From: Dehalococcoidia bacterium
Lineage (GTDB): Bacteria > Chloroflexota > Dehalococcoidia > Plut-88900
DNA: 64,000 bases
Reading direction: 5' to 3'
Assembly (NCBI GenBank): GCA_965207225.1
Contig: CBDBLV010000004.1
Location: 576,001 to 640,000 of the forward strand
The position numbers were made by a program, and so were the translations under genes. Each line of letters begins with the position of its first letter. The first letter of the stretch is position 1. The notes under the pieces are model-generated. The model did not search any database. It saw only the letters and a list, made by a program, of their open reading frames with translations, and was not told where the DNA came from. This document shows positions 30,004 through 40,175 of this stretch, piece after piece.

Positions 30004-31302
30004 TTAAGTCGGGGCGGGGGCGGGGTTGCCGGTCCAGTAGATGCGGCGCATGGTGGGCCCTACTCCACTGACAAGGACCACCGCAAGGAATGCCAAGCCA
30101 CCGACGGCAAGGAGCCAGAAGGGATCGAACAGCTCGGCCAGGGCCCCATTGCCGAAGTTGGCGAAAGACATGATGCCGCCTGCGTGGATGATGTAGATGC
30201 TGGATATGCGGCCGCGTACGGCGTCGGGGACCATGGACTGCATCATGGTGAGGGTAATGACCATGTAAGCGGTCTGGGTGGCGCCCATGGCGCTGGCAGC
30301 AAGCATTCCGATGGCCATATTGGGGGCGAAGGCGAGCGCCAGGGGTGCAAAAGCGCTGAGGACTCCGGTGGTCAGAAGCAGTTTGCCTCTCAACCTGTCC
30401 GACCGTATTCCAGCCAGGTAGATGGACGAGACCATTGCCCCAGCCCCGACGGCCATCATCAGGTAACCCACACCGCTGCCTCCCCACCCGAACCGTTCGT
30501 CGGAGAGGACAGGCAGGAGGGCCTCGAAGGACATGGTGAGTCCGCAGTGGAAGGTTATCAGCAGGACTATCATCGTCAGCGGCGGTCTTTGATATACGTA
30601 TTTGAACCCGGCGACGAGGTTGAACAGGAACCCTTTTGTCTTCTCCATGACGCCGGATGACACCGTGCGGATGTTGAATACCAGCAGCAAGCTGAGTACA
30701 AATGGAGCGTTGCATGCGGCGAAAACCCAGCCGGGTTCCACGGTCGCCAACAGGGGAGCAATCAGTCCCGCACCGACAAGCCTGGATGCGTGGAATGTCG
30801 CCGAATTCAAAGCGTAGGCGTTGACCATCAAGTCCCTGGGGACCAGGTTTGGGACCAGGGAGAAGGCGGTTGGAGTCTGAACGGCCCGCGCTGAGCCGTT
30901 GACAAATGACAGGAACACGAGGTGCCAGAGCTCCAGGGCCCCGACGAGCGCGAGCCAGGTCAATGCGACACTTTGGGCCAGGGCCAGGACGAAGGTAAAG
31001 GCGAGGACGTGTTTTCTCACGAAGCGGTCGGCGAGATAGCCAGCGATGGGCGGGACAAGGATGAAAGGGATCATTCCGGCGAAGACGACGACGCCCACCC
31101 ACAGGTCGCCCAGCTCGTCCGCTATGTCACGGGCCACGACGGCCCGGGCGGTCATCAGGGCCCAGGTGCCCGAATCTGAAGCGAGAATGGCCGTCCAGAG
31201 GAGACGAAAGTCCCGGTGGCCGAGCGCCGGGAAGTAGCGACGGCCAACCCCACGGCTAATGTTGTCTAAAGAAGTCAATCGCCCCGGGCCTGCCTCGGGC
31301 AT
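30004..31302 (-). CDS. MFS transporter (DHA3/MFS_3-like)
   Basis: ALGHRDFRLLW, GYLADRF, RGRISS. Confidence 0.9.
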   Translation of the reverse strand: MPEAGPGRLTSLDNISRGVGRRYFPALGHRDFRLLWTAILASDSGTWALMTARAVVARDIADELGDLWVGVVVFAGMIPFILVPPIAGYLADRFVRKHVLAFTFVLALAQSVALTWLALVGALELWHLVFLSFVNGSARAVQTPTAFSLVPNLVPRDLMVNAYALNSATFHASRLVGAGLIAPLLATVEPGWVFAACNAPFVLSLLLVFNIRTVSSGVMEKTKGFLFNLVAGFKYVYQRPPLTMIVLLITFHCGLTMSFEALLPVLSDERFGWGGSGVGYLMMAVGAGAMVSSIYLAGIRSDRLRGKLLLTTGVLSAFAPLALAFAPNMAIGMLAASAMGATQTAYMVITLTMMQSMVPDAVRGRISSIYIIHAGGIMSFANFGNGALAELFDPFWLLAVGGLAFLAVVLVSGVGPTMRRIYWTGNPAPAPT

Positions 31303-31315
31303 TCAGGGTTGATGT

Positions 31316-31816
31316 CTATTGTTTCCCCCAGCCGGGATTGTCGCCCCGCATTCGATTCAGCCAGTCGTCTCTTTTCTCGGGGGTGAAGATCTGTGCGGAG
31401 GCGTCGGCCATTACACCTTCTGTTAAGTCTATACGCTTGTCGGCCCCGGCCAATGAGAGGAGGCCAGGAACCGAGTATTTGCCGTAGGCACGATGCTCCC
31501 CCTCGAACCGGCCGCCGATTATGAGGGTGTCAATGCCCGAGTTCATGATGGCCCCGCAGCACATGGGGCAGCATTCGAAGGTGATGTACATGGTGCAACC
31601 GGCCAGGTAGGGGGAGCCGATGTTGGCGGCTGCATTGCGGATGGCGAGGAGCTCGGCGTGGGCGGTGGGGTCGGAGTCAACCATGACGCGGGGCTCGCTC
31701 TGTCCGATTATTTCACCGTCCTTCAGGATGATTGCAGCGACGGGGACGTCACCGTGGGACTCGGCTGTCTTGGCCAGGTCCAGGGCTTTCTGCATTATTT
31801 TTTGGTCGATTGCCAT
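31316..31816 (-). CDS. Zn-dependent nucleoside/nucleotide deaminase
   Basis: HAE and CPMC motifs. Confidence 0.9.
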   Translation of the reverse strand: MAIDQKIMQKALDLAKTAESHGDVPVAAIILKDGEIIGQSEPRVMVDSDPTAHAELLAIRNAAANIGSPYLAGCTMYITFECCPMCCGAIMNSGIDTLIIGGRFEGEHRAYGKYSVPGLLSLAGADKRIDLTEGVMADASAQIFTPEKRDDWLNRMRGDNPGWGKQ

Positions 31817-31825
31817 GATTGCCTC

Positions 31826-32347
31826 CTATTGCCAAAACCGGTTGCAATACTCCTGTAGGGAGTCCCTGGTACTAGGAAATGCCAGGTCGTCCCAAGGGAT
31901 TTCGTCTCGGTTGAAGAATTCTATGCCAATGGACTCGTCCAAAGCTCGGGGTTCTCCACCTACAATCTCCCCCGCATATACGATGATCACTACGGGAGAG
32001 CCATCGTAAGAATAGGCGCCTACCAGTCCCCTAATAGAGACCTCGATGCCGGCCTCTTCCATCGACTCGCGTTGGGCTGCACCTTCCAGGGTCTCGCCGG
32101 CATCAACAAAGCCCCCTGGGAAGACCCACTTCCCGTAGGCAGGCTCGATGCCCCGCTGCAGGAGCAGGAGTTTGCCGTTCTGCCGCACGATTGCGCCGGA
32201 GGCGACTCTGGGGTTCAGGTACTGGATGTAGCCGCAAGACTGGCAGACGAGACGCTCGGGCTCTCCGTCTTTCACCAGCTTGAGTTTGAGGCGTCCTCCA
32301 CAGCGAACACAGAAGTTGTAGCCGGTGTCTTTGTGTTGATGGGGCAT
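31826..32347 (-). CDS. NUDIX hydrolase with N-terminal Zn ribbon
   Basis: CxxC..CxxC; PGGFVDAGETLEGAAQRESMEEAG. Confidence 0.93.
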   Translation of the reverse strand: MPHQHKDTGYNFCVRCGGRLKLKLVKDGEPERLVCQSCGYIQYLNPRVASGAIVRQNGKLLLLQRGIEPAYGKWVFPGGFVDAGETLEGAAQRESMEEAGIEVSIRGLVGAYSYDGSPVVIIVYAGEIVGGEPRALDESIGIEFFNRDEIPWDDLAFPSTRDSLQEYCNRFWQ

Positions 32348-32488
32348 AGCGTGGTTGCAGGCCGAAAATGAGCCTTGCCTCGGCCGCGGAGTTTAGGGTA
32401 GGTTACTCTGAATGGTAGACTGCCCGCAAACATCAAACCGACAAAGGGAGTCGGCGGGAGGTCTGCTCCCAAAGCAAGGAGGTTGCAG

Positions 32489-33304
32489 GTGAAGCCCATA
32501 AACTACGTAGCCAAGCTGAATGCGCATTACCAGGGCCACGGGTTTCCGCCGTACAGGTGGTCCGTGTTCCGCACCACGACCTGGGCGCCGTTTGAGAAGC
32601 CGCTGAACAAGGCCAAGGTTGCGCTTCTTTGCTCCTCGGGGATGTCGCGTCGGGACCAGGAGCCCTTCGACCCCCTGGCCAGGAGCGAAATGAGCTACCG
32701 TGAGATACCCAAGGACACGCCGACCGAAGACCTGGTCATAAACTACGACTACTACGACCATCGAGACGCCGACAAGGACCCCAACGTCATCCTGCCCCTG
32801 GACAGATTTCGAGAGCTGGAGGAGGAGGGGTACATCGGGGAGCTGGCCGAGACCAACTACGGGCTCGGCATGGGAAGGATGTACAAGCGGACTGCTCTCC
32901 AGACGCAGCTGGCGGCCGAGATTGCCAGGAAGGTGAAGTCGGCGAAGGTTGATGTCCTGTTCTGTGTACCTGCCTGACCTCTCGACCACCAGTCCGTTGG
33001 ACTGCTAGCGAGAGTAGTTGAAGAGGTGGGAGTCAGCACGGTTTACGTGGGGTCGGTAAGGGATATGATGGCGCAGGTGAAGCCGCCCAGGCCGGTGTTC
33101 GTCAATTTCCCGTTGGGACATCAATGCGGCAAGCCCTTCGACAAAGCGCTGCAGACGAACATCATCAAGGATGCCCTCGGGACTCTGAACTCGCTGGATG
33201 AGCCGGGTCGGATTACCGACCTGCCCTACGAATGGGGAGAGGAATTCGTATACGAGACAGGGAAAGGGGAATTGCCTGCGGACCAGAGGCCACCGGGGCG
33301 GTGA
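32489..33304 (+). CDS. Glycine/betaine/D-proline reductase selenoprotein B (PrdB/GrdB)-like, Sec at UGA 32975-32977
   Basis: KPLNKAKVAL..DKDPNVILPLDRF..VPA-(TGA)-PLDHQSVGLLARVVEEVGVST..PPR..FPLG; both halves in frame; AAGGAGG RBS before GTG. Confidence 0.85.
32979..33014 (+). promoter_or_regulatory. Putative bacterial SECIS
   Basis: CTCTCG/CGAGAG lower stem, CAGTCC-GTT-GGACTG upper stem; loop starts with G, 18 nt after UGA. Confidence 0.75.
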
Positions 33305-33346
33305 TGGGGGTGGGAGGCGTCGTGAAGGCAGCGGCCTGTACGGCGT

Positions 33347-33724
33347 CTATAGACTTTGCACGTGCTCTTCTAGCCACGAATTAAGCTGCGCGAACTGGAA
33401 CGTGCCGGTCTCAAACAAATGCATGAAGAAGGCATACGCCTCCTCGTTGCTGCAGTCGATGAAGCTGCCATTCACACGGAGAAATGCATCTGTCACAGCG
33501 AAAGCTACCCGCTTGTTGCCATCAATGAATGGATGGTTCATTGCCAGGCTTTCCATCATGGCTGCAGCTTCCTGGATGAGGCCATCGTAGTAGCCGATTT
33601 GGGGCCTCATGATGGCGGAGGCCAAGGCTCCTTCGTCACGTAGTCCCTGGGCACCGCCGTGAGTGCGGATCAAGAGGTCATGCGTCGCTATGACGTCCTC
33701 AAGGGTAGGGAATATATGAGTCAT
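33347..33724 (-). CDS. doc: Doc/Fic family toxin
   Basis: HPFIDGNKR motif. Confidence 0.92.
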   Translation of the reverse strand: MTHIFPTLEDVIATHDLLIRTHGGAQGLRDEGALASAIMRPQIGYYDGLIQEAAAMMESLAMNHPFIDGNKRVAFAVTDAFLRVNGSFIDCSNEEAYAFFMHLFETGTFQFAQLNSWLEEHVQSL

Positions 33725-33948
33725 TGGGCGAGGAGTTCAAGAAGTCGACGGTTTCGCTCCATACTCGCCCTAGCGTGGGCCATGAACACCGGGTTGGGTT
33801 TCCCTCCTTCTCTGCTCTCGATATATTCCCGAAAGGCGTCTTCCAATACGGCTTGAAACTGACGACCTTCTTTACGCGCTATCTCACGCATGGCCTTTAG
33901 CAGTTCGGGTGAGGCCTGACTTGAGAATTTTTCTCGAGAAGCAACCAT
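33721..33948 (-). CDS. Antitoxin (RHH-like) of the Doc module
   Basis: 75 aa, ATGA overlap with doc; upstream TTGACA and palindrome CAAGATATATCTTG (34005-34018). Confidence 0.8.
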   Translation of the reverse strand: MVASREKFSSQASPELLKAMREIARKEGRQFQAVLEDAFREYIESREGGKPNPVFMAHARASMERNRRLLELLAQ

Positions 33949-34033
33949 GTGATAAAGCTCCTTTGTGGCTTATCCACATTATCCTGTTGTCTATCAAGTA
34001 ATGTCAAGATATATCTTGCTCGCACTCACTCAA

Positions 34034-35557
34034 CTATCCCAACCCCCGAGGCCTATACTGGACGGCTTCTGCGACATGTGTAACCTCGATGCGTTCGGAG
34101 GCGGAGAGATCGGCGATGGTGCGGGAGAGCTTGAGGATGCGGTGAAAGGCGCGGGCGGATAGCTGCAGCTGCTGGGTGGCCTGCTGGAGAAGGCCTCGGG
34201 CGCCGTCTTCCAGGATGCAGACGTTCTTCACCTGGGCGGGGCCCATGTCTGCGTTGCAGGCCAGGGTAGTGCCTTCAAAGCGGGACAACTGGAGACTCCT
34301 GGCATCTTCTACCCTTTGCCGGGCGTGTTTGGAGTTCTCAGCGTTATCGGGCTTCATGAGTTTTTCGTAGTCGACTCTCGGGACTTCTACGAACATATCG
34401 ATGCGGTCAAGAAGGGGGCCGCTGATGCGCTTCTGGTATCGGGCCACGAGCCCCGGGGCACAGGTGCACTCCCTGACGGAGTCACCGTAGAAGCCGCAAG
34501 GGCACGGGTTCATGGCGGCGACCAACATGAAGTTGGCAGGAAAGGTAACTGTGCCTTGAGCGCGGCTGATGGTGACGACTTTGTCCTCGATTGGCTGGCG
34601 GAGGACTTCGAGGGTGTTGCGGCCGAACTCGGGGAGTTCGTCCAGAAATAGGACGCCGCGGTGGCTGAGGCTGATCTCTCCGGGGCCGGGCTTGCGGCCT
34701 CCACCTACCAGTCCTGCGTGGGAAATTGTGTAGTGGGGCGAACGGAAGGGGCGCTGTCTCATCAGGGCCGTGTCGGATTGAAGGAGGCCGCTCACGCTGT
34801 ATATCTTGGTCACTTCCAGGGACTCGTCGGGGGACATCTTAGGGAGGAGGGATGGAAGGGACCGGGCCAGCATAGTCTTTCCGCTTCCGGGCGGGCCGGT
34901 CATCAGAATGTTGTGGCCTCCCGCGGCAGCAATCTCCAGGGCGCGCTTGGCGTGTTCCTGACCCCTAATGTAAGCGAAGTCGGACTCATAGAAATCGGGG
35001 GCTTCATCGGCGGGCACAGCTCCATTACCGTGGTGAGGGGCAAGGGGTTCGTCGCCGCGGAGATGGTTGACGAGTGACGGCAGGGTGGCCACCGGGAAGA
35101 TGTCAATGCCTTCCACGACGGCGGCTTCGGCCTTGTCGAGGTCGGGGACGAAGACACTGCGAAAGCCTTTGTCCTTGGCGATACCGACCATCGGCAGGAC
35201 CCCGTGGGTGTGTCTTACGGAACCTTCCAGTGAAAGCTCACCCAGGAATATGACCTCGGTAGCGTCAGTCTCGATCTGGCCGGAGCTCATCAGGATGCCG
35301 ACGGCGATGGGGAGGTCGTAGGCCGGGCCTTCTTTACGGAGGCCGGCGGGGGCGAGGTTGACAGTGATCCGCTTCATCGGGAACTGGAATCCCGAGTTGC
35401 GGATGGCAGCGCGGACTCTCTCCCGGGATTCCTGGACTGCGGTGTCGGGGAGGCCGACTATATTGAAAGCCGGAAGTCCTGGGGAGATGTCTACTTCGAC
35501 TTCTACTATGGCCCCTTCGAGGCCAACGACTGCACAGCTTCTAACTCTGGCTAACAT
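34034..35557 (-). CDS. comM: YifB/ComM Mg-chelatase-like AAA+ ATPase
   Basis: VGLPD, NLAPA, GPPGSGKT, FLDELPEF, NPCPCG, DRID. Confidence 0.93.
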   Translation of the reverse strand: MLARVRSCAVVGLEGAIVEVEVDISPGLPAFNIVGLPDTAVQESRERVRAAIRNSGFQFPMKRITVNLAPAGLRKEGPAYDLPIAVGILMSSGQIETDATEVIFLGELSLEGSVRHTHGVLPMVGIAKDKGFRSVFVPDLDKAEAAVVEGIDIFPVATLPSLVNHLRGDEPLAPHHGNGAVPADEAPDFYESDFAYIRGQEHAKRALEIAAAGGHNILMTGPPGSGKTMLARSLPSLLPKMSPDESLEVTKIYSVSGLLQSDTALMRQRPFRSPHYTISHAGLVGGGRKPGPGEISLSHRGVLFLDELPEFGRNTLEVLRQPIEDKVVTISRAQGTVTFPANFMLVAAMNPCPCGFYGDSVRECTCAPGLVARYQKRISGPLLDRIDMFVEVPRVDYEKLMKPDNAENSKHARQRVEDARSLQLSRFEGTTLACNADMGPAQVKNVCILEDGARGLLQQATQQLQLSARAFHRILKLSRTIADLSASERIEVTHVAEAVQYRPRGLG

Positions 35558-35572
35558 GAGTGGTGGAGGTGA

Positions 35573-36481
35573 CTAATCGGAATCTGCGCCCGTCCCCCTA
35601 ACCTTCACTCCGGCCCGCTCTTCGATAATCAGGTCGGTGGCGTTGAAGTTCCTGTCGCCCCAGCCCCGGTCCATAGCCTCAAGCTGGATCTGCTCCGCAA
35701 TGGAGGAAAGGGGCACGGGGGCACGGACTTCCCTGGCCAGCTGAATTGCAAGGGACGTGTCCTTCTGAGAAAGCTTGAGTGCGAAGCTGGCAGGATCGAA
35801 TTTTCCGGACAGGAGGTCGTTCTCCAGGCCGCCGACAGGAGAGGCCTGACCATACATGCCGCCCCCAACGGCCTTAAGAAGGGTCTCGGCGTCGACCCCC
35901 GCTTTTACTCCGAGGGTCATGCCTTCCAGGACGACCATCCGGGTAGCAGCACCCATGACGTTGTGCACGAGCTTGCATACCGAGCCGCTGCCTATGGGCC
36001 CCGTGTAGAGGATGTTATTGCCGAGGTGGTCGAGCAAGGGTTTCACCCTGTCGAAGATTTCTTTGTCGCCGCCGATCATGATGATCATCGTGCGGTTAGT
36101 GGCCCCGACTTCGCCGCCGCTCACAGGGGCATCAAGGATATGGGCTCCCTTTTCCCTGAATGCGGGGTACATTCTTCTGGCCAAGGATGGTGAGATGCTG
36201 GAAAGGTCTGCGTAGACGGCACCTTCAGAGATACCGTCGAGAATGCCGTCAGGGCCGAGGGCAACAGCTTCGACCTCCACGGGGCCCGGGAGGGAGCTCA
36301 GGATGATCTCGCTGCCCTCGGCGGCTTCGCGGGGGGTTGCTGCCCAGTCGGCGCCCAACTCTTCGAAGCGTCGTACCGCTTCACGGTTGATGTCATTAAC
36401 TTTAACCTTGTAGCCATCTTCAAGAAGGTTGCGGACCATAGGGCCACCCATGTTGCCGACACCAATAAATCCCAGATTCAT
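35573..36481 (-). CDS. Beta-hydroxyacid dehydrogenase (3-hydroxyisobutyrate DH family)
   Basis: GFIGVGNMG, DAPVSGG, KLVHN. Confidence 0.93.
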   Translation of the reverse strand: MNLGFIGVGNMGGPMVRNLLEDGYKVKVNDINREAVRRFEELGADWAATPREAAEGSEIILSSLPGPVEVEAVALGPDGILDGISEGAVYADLSSISPSLARRMYPAFREKGAHILDAPVSGGEVGATNRTMIIMIGGDKEIFDRVKPLLDHLGNNILYTGPIGSGSVCKLVHNVMGAATRMVVLEGMTLGVKAGVDAETLLKAVGGGMYGQASPVGGLENDLLSGKFDPASFALKLSQKDTSLAIQLAREVRAPVPLSSIAEQIQLEAMDRGWGDRNFNATDLIIEERAGVKVRGTGADSD

Positions 36482-36636
36482 AGCAATCTCTCCTGTAAGG
36501 AATGAATCGACCACTGATACAAGTCTGCCAGAAGGCCATTATAGCAATCGTTGTGTGCCTTGACACCCCGTAAGCCGGGGAATAGCCTTCGGGCTAGTCG
36601 GGCGAAGAACAAGGTAGAGATTGTCGGGAGGGAGTC

Positions 36637-37755
36637 ATGGCAAGAAACGGTTTCAAGGTGATGGACTCCGACATGCACGTCATAGAGCCGATGGACTTAT
36701 GGCAGACCTACATGGACCCCGAGTTCCGGGACCGCGCGCCGAAGGGCGTCACCCGGTTCCAGGGCGACATGATGATGGAGGTGAACGGCCAGAACGTCCC
36801 GTACTGGATGCCCGGCAAACGGTACCATGACTGGCAGAAGCATACTGCAAAGGAGCAGGACGCCGCCTACAAATACTCCTACGAGAGAGACTGGAACTCG
36901 GCGACGCAGGTAAGGGCGATGGATATCGAGGGGCTGGATGTGGCATTTCTATACCCCAGCCGAGGGCTGTACACGCTGGCGGTAGACGGGATGGAGCCGC
37001 AACTGGGGGCAGCAATTGCGACGGCCTACAACCGTTGGATGTACGACTTTTGCTCGATAGCCCCCGACCGGATGTACGGGGCTTCCATGGTGTCCGCGTT
37101 TGACGTGGAGTCGGGGGTGGCGGAGGCCCGGGCGAGCGTCCGGGACCAGGGGATGAAGGCGATATTCATCAGGCCCAACATTGTCAACGGTCGCAACTGG
37201 CATGACGCCTACTACGATCCACTCTGGGGCGAGATCGAAGCACTGGGTGTGCCCCTCGGGTTTCACGAAGGTGCAAGCGCTCGGCTTCCTCAAGTAGGCA
37301 GCACGTTCGAGACCTACATGATGCACCACACCGTGTGTCACCCGTTCAACATGATGATGGCTGTGGTGAGCTTCATTGGCGGCGGGATACTCGAGCGGTT
37401 CCCAAAGTTGAATGTCGGGTATCTGGAGGCAAACTGCGGATGGGCGCCCTGGCTGTTGTGGAGGCTGGACGAGCACTATGAGATGGTAGGGCGGTTCGAG
37501 TCGCCGGAGCTAACCCTGGAGCCACAGGAGTATTTCCTGAGACAGTGCTTTGTGTCGGTGGAGGTTGACGAGGAGCCGGCGGAATACGTGGAGAGCACGG
37601 GCCTGGGGGACACGGTGGTCTTTTCCACCGACTACCCGCACAACGATTCGAAATACCCAAGGGCCACGGACACGTTCCTGGAAATGCCGTTTCCCGAGGA
37701 TTTCAAGCGGAAAATCCTGTGGGATAACTGTGCTCGGATGTATGGATTCAACTAA
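36637..37755 (+). CDS. Amidohydrolase_2 family protein
   Basis: DSDMH, LYPS, GFHEG, LEANCGW, FSTDYPH. Confidence 0.92.
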   Translation: MARNGFKVMDSDMHVIEPMDLWQTYMDPEFRDRAPKGVTRFQGDMMMEVNGQNVPYWMPGKRYHDWQKHTAKEQDAAYKYSYERDWNSATQVRAMDIEGLDVAFLYPSRGLYTLAVDGMEPQLGAAIATAYNRWMYDFCSIAPDRMYGASMVSAFDVESGVAEARASVRDQGMKAIFIRPNIVNGRNWHDAYYDPLWGEIEALGVPLGFHEGASARLPQVGSTFETYMMHHTVCHPFNMMMAVVSFIGGGILERFPKLNVGYLEANCGWAPWLLWRLDEHYEMVGRFESPELTLEPQEYFLRQCFVSVEVDEEPAEYVESTGLGDTVVFSTDYPHNDSKYPRATDTFLEMPFPEDFKRKILWDNCARMYGFN

Positions 37756-37855
37756 GTACACCGCGCAGCGTAGATTCGTAGTATCCTAGGCTGCAACAGG
37801 CAGTGTCTGAACGGAATAGAAATCGCCACCTAGTGGAAAGGAGGTCGGACAAGAA

Positions 37856-39103
37856 ATGAAAGACGGAATGAGGTTTGTAGACTGTGACATGCACATCATG
37901 GAGCCGCAGAGCTTGTTCGACCGGTACCTGGACCCGAAGTTCAAGAGTCGGGTCACCTCCATGGTGGCAGCGGATGGCTCGGCCAGGGCCAACTGGTATA
38001 TAGACGGGGTGCACCCATCGGAGGACACGGAGCTTTCCCAGTACCGGAAGCCGATACGACCCAACAACGCCGACGCCTCGATTCTCAGCCCATCCCTGGG
38101 CAACCTTACGAGCTCACGGCTGGTGGAAACGGGCCGGATGGACTTCGCCTTGAATCGGAAGTACAACGAGGAAGCCCAGGTCATGGCAATGGAGATGGAG
38201 GGGATAGACATTGCGGTTCTGTTCCCCACCTCGGGGCTGAACCTGATAGCCAGGGATGACCTGGACCCGTGGATGTCGCTGGCCTTGTGCGAGGCGTACA
38301 ACAACTGGATTCACGAATTCTGCCAGTACAGCCCGGACCAGCTGAAGTTCGCGGCCATGCTCCCGATGCACGACGTAAACTTGGCATGTCGGGAACTGGT
38401 AAGGGCAGTCACGGAGCTGGGGGCAGTCGGGTCCTTTGTGCGCCCCAACCTGCTAAAGGGACGCTACTGGCACTCCAACTACTGGGACCCCCTCTACTCC
38501 CTGCACGAAGAGCTGGACGTGACCTGGGGCTTTCACGAGGGCACCGGGCCCTGGTACTCCTACATGAACCGGCTATACGGGGAAAACAGGTTCTACCGCC
38601 ACGTGGCCAGCCACTGGATAGAGATGCAGCACGCGATGATTGCGCAGATCATCGGCGGAGTATTCGAGTTTCACCCGAATCTCAGGGTCGGGTACCTGGA
38701 GGCACAGAACTCATGGGTCCCGGGTCTCCTGACCCGGATTGAATGGGACTATCCAAACTACCGGGAGACCCACGCACCGTACCTGTCGATGACGCCCAAG
38801 GAGTACTTCCAGCGCAACTGCTGGGCTGCCGTTGAGGGGTCGGAGCCGGAAATTGAGCCGACGGCCAGCCTGATCGGGTCCGAGCACATGTGCATGTCCA
38901 CGGACTACCCGCACTTCGACTCCAACTTCCCGAACGTGTCCAGCAACCTGCTGGCAACGGCGAGTCGGGAGACGGCGAAGAACATCATGTACGGCGGAGC
39001 GCTGCTGTACAACTTCTCGGATGCAGACTTTGCAAAGGCCGACGGTGCAATGGCGGCGTTCCAAGCCCGCAAGCAGGAGGAGAGGGCGCCGGCGGTGGGT
39101 TAG
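37856..39103 (+). CDS. Amidohydrolase_2 family protein
   Basis: DCDMH, LFPT, GFHEG, STDYPH. Confidence 0.92.
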   Translation: MKDGMRFVDCDMHIMEPQSLFDRYLDPKFKSRVTSMVAADGSARANWYIDGVHPSEDTELSQYRKPIRPNNADASILSPSLGNLTSSRLVETGRMDFALNRKYNEEAQVMAMEMEGIDIAVLFPTSGLNLIARDDLDPWMSLALCEAYNNWIHEFCQYSPDQLKFAAMLPMHDVNLACRELVRAVTELGAVGSFVRPNLLKGRYWHSNYWDPLYSLHEELDVTWGFHEGTGPWYSYMNRLYGENRFYRHVASHWIEMQHAMIAQIIGGVFEFHPNLRVGYLEAQNSWVPGLLTRIEWDYPNYRETHAPYLSMTPKEYFQRNCWAAVEGSEPEIEPTASLIGSEHMCMSTDYPHFDSNFPNVSSNLLATASRETAKNIMYGGALLYNFSDADFAKADGAMAAFQARKQEERAPAVG

Positions 39104-39131
39104 GTTCCTACTACTAACACAGAAGTACAAG

Positions 39132-39162
39132 AAGGGGCGGTTGGCCAAGCCAACCGCCCCTT
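39132..39162. terminator. Probable bidirectional terminator hairpin
   Basis: 14-bp stem AAGGGGCGGTTGGC-CAA-GCCAACCGCCCCTT between convergent genes. Confidence 0.7.
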
Positions 39163-39195
39163 AACTTTGCGAGAGAGGAAACGTGCGTCTACCGT

Positions 39196-39552
39196 CTACA
39201 AGTAAGTAGTGTGCTTTTCGGTGAAAGCTTCGGAGACGGGGAAGAAGATTAAGAGCTTTGCCGGCTCGGGACCTACGACGGTGAAGCCATGATTGGCGTC
39301 CCTGGGGATGGCGATGGTCTGCATTGGGTAGGCCCTGTGAACTTCTCCGCCGAGATCAGCGTCAACTACTCCTTCCAGGACTACGATTAGCTCGTCGATG
39401 TCGTGGTGGTGGGGAGGCGCCCCGGAGCCGGGGTCTACGATGTGGTAGTCGAAGGTGAGGGCAAAGCCGTCTTCGTAGCCAGACAACCTTCGGCGTCGGT
39501 AGCCTGGCCTGCGGGTCTCCTCTGCAGCGCTTTCGTGGTCGATGATGGACAT
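39196..39552 (-). CDS. Cupin domain protein
   Basis: PGSGAPPHHH..DE, IP...H. Confidence 0.88.
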   Translation of the reverse strand: MSIIDHESAAEETRRPGYRRRRLSGYEDGFALTFDYHIVDPGSGAPPHHHDIDELIVVLEGVVDADLGGEVHRAYPMQTIAIPRDANHGFTVVGPEPAKLLIFFPVSEAFTEKHTTYL

Positions 39553-39557
39553 GGGGC

Positions 39558-40064
39558 CTAGCCTCCGTAGAAGACCATATCGCCGAGGTCCTGCATCCAT
39601 AGGGTAGCGTTGTCGACGCGCCCATCGCCGAGGTCGGCAGGGGTTCCGGCTTCGATAACCTCACCGACAAAGATGGAGTGGTCGCCCTTTTCAATGGTGT
39701 CGGTGAGCTTGCACTCGACCCATGCGGGGGCGCTGTCGAGGATCGGGGCGCCTGAGCTGCCAGCCTGGAAGGACTCACCGCCGATGGAATTGCCGTCCCT
39801 GTCGTGGGACTTGAAGAAGTTGAAGGCGAGGCCCTGCTGCCCTTTGCCAAGAATATTCAGTACGAAGCTGCCACTGTCCTTGACGATAGCGTGGGCGCCA
39901 GAGTCAGCTTTCACGCCAACGGCCACCAAAGGCGGGGCAAAGGAGGCCTGGGTAACCCAATTTACGGTAGCGGAGGCCACGGATCCGTCCTTCCCTTCTG
40001 CTGTCATTACGTAGATGCCGTAGGGGATCATTCTGAGCGCGCTTTTCTTTGCATCCTGATCCAT
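39558..40064 (-). CDS. Flavin reductase-like protein
   Basis: PYGIYV, QASFAPPL, GDHSIFVGEV. Confidence 0.92.
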   Translation of the reverse strand: MDQDAKKSALRMIPYGIYVMTAEGKDGSVASATVNWVTQASFAPPLVAVGVKADSGAHAIVKDSGSFVLNILGKGQQGLAFNFFKSHDRDGNSIGGESFQAGSSGAPILDSAPAWVECKLTDTIEKGDHSIFVGEVIEAGTPADLGDGRVDNATLWMQDLGDMVFYGG

Positions 40065-40175
40065 CTTTTCCTCCCAATTGGTGCTGAATCCGGTGGCCGG
40101 CGAGGCCATTATAACAGCCCGTTTGACACCTGATTTTCGCGGCATGATACTTGCCGAAGGGAGGGAGATGCAGCT

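Noticed and set aside
29594-31102. Long alternative-frame and antisense ORFs (also 2255-3481, 52591-53754 and others)
   Set aside because: Shadow ORFs of high-GC genes that overlap well-supported CDSs and lack motifs.
33970-33978. DnaA box TTATCCACA as oriC marker
   Set aside because: Single box, part of the TGTGG-N5-CCACA dyad in the TA promoter; no cluster or dnaA.
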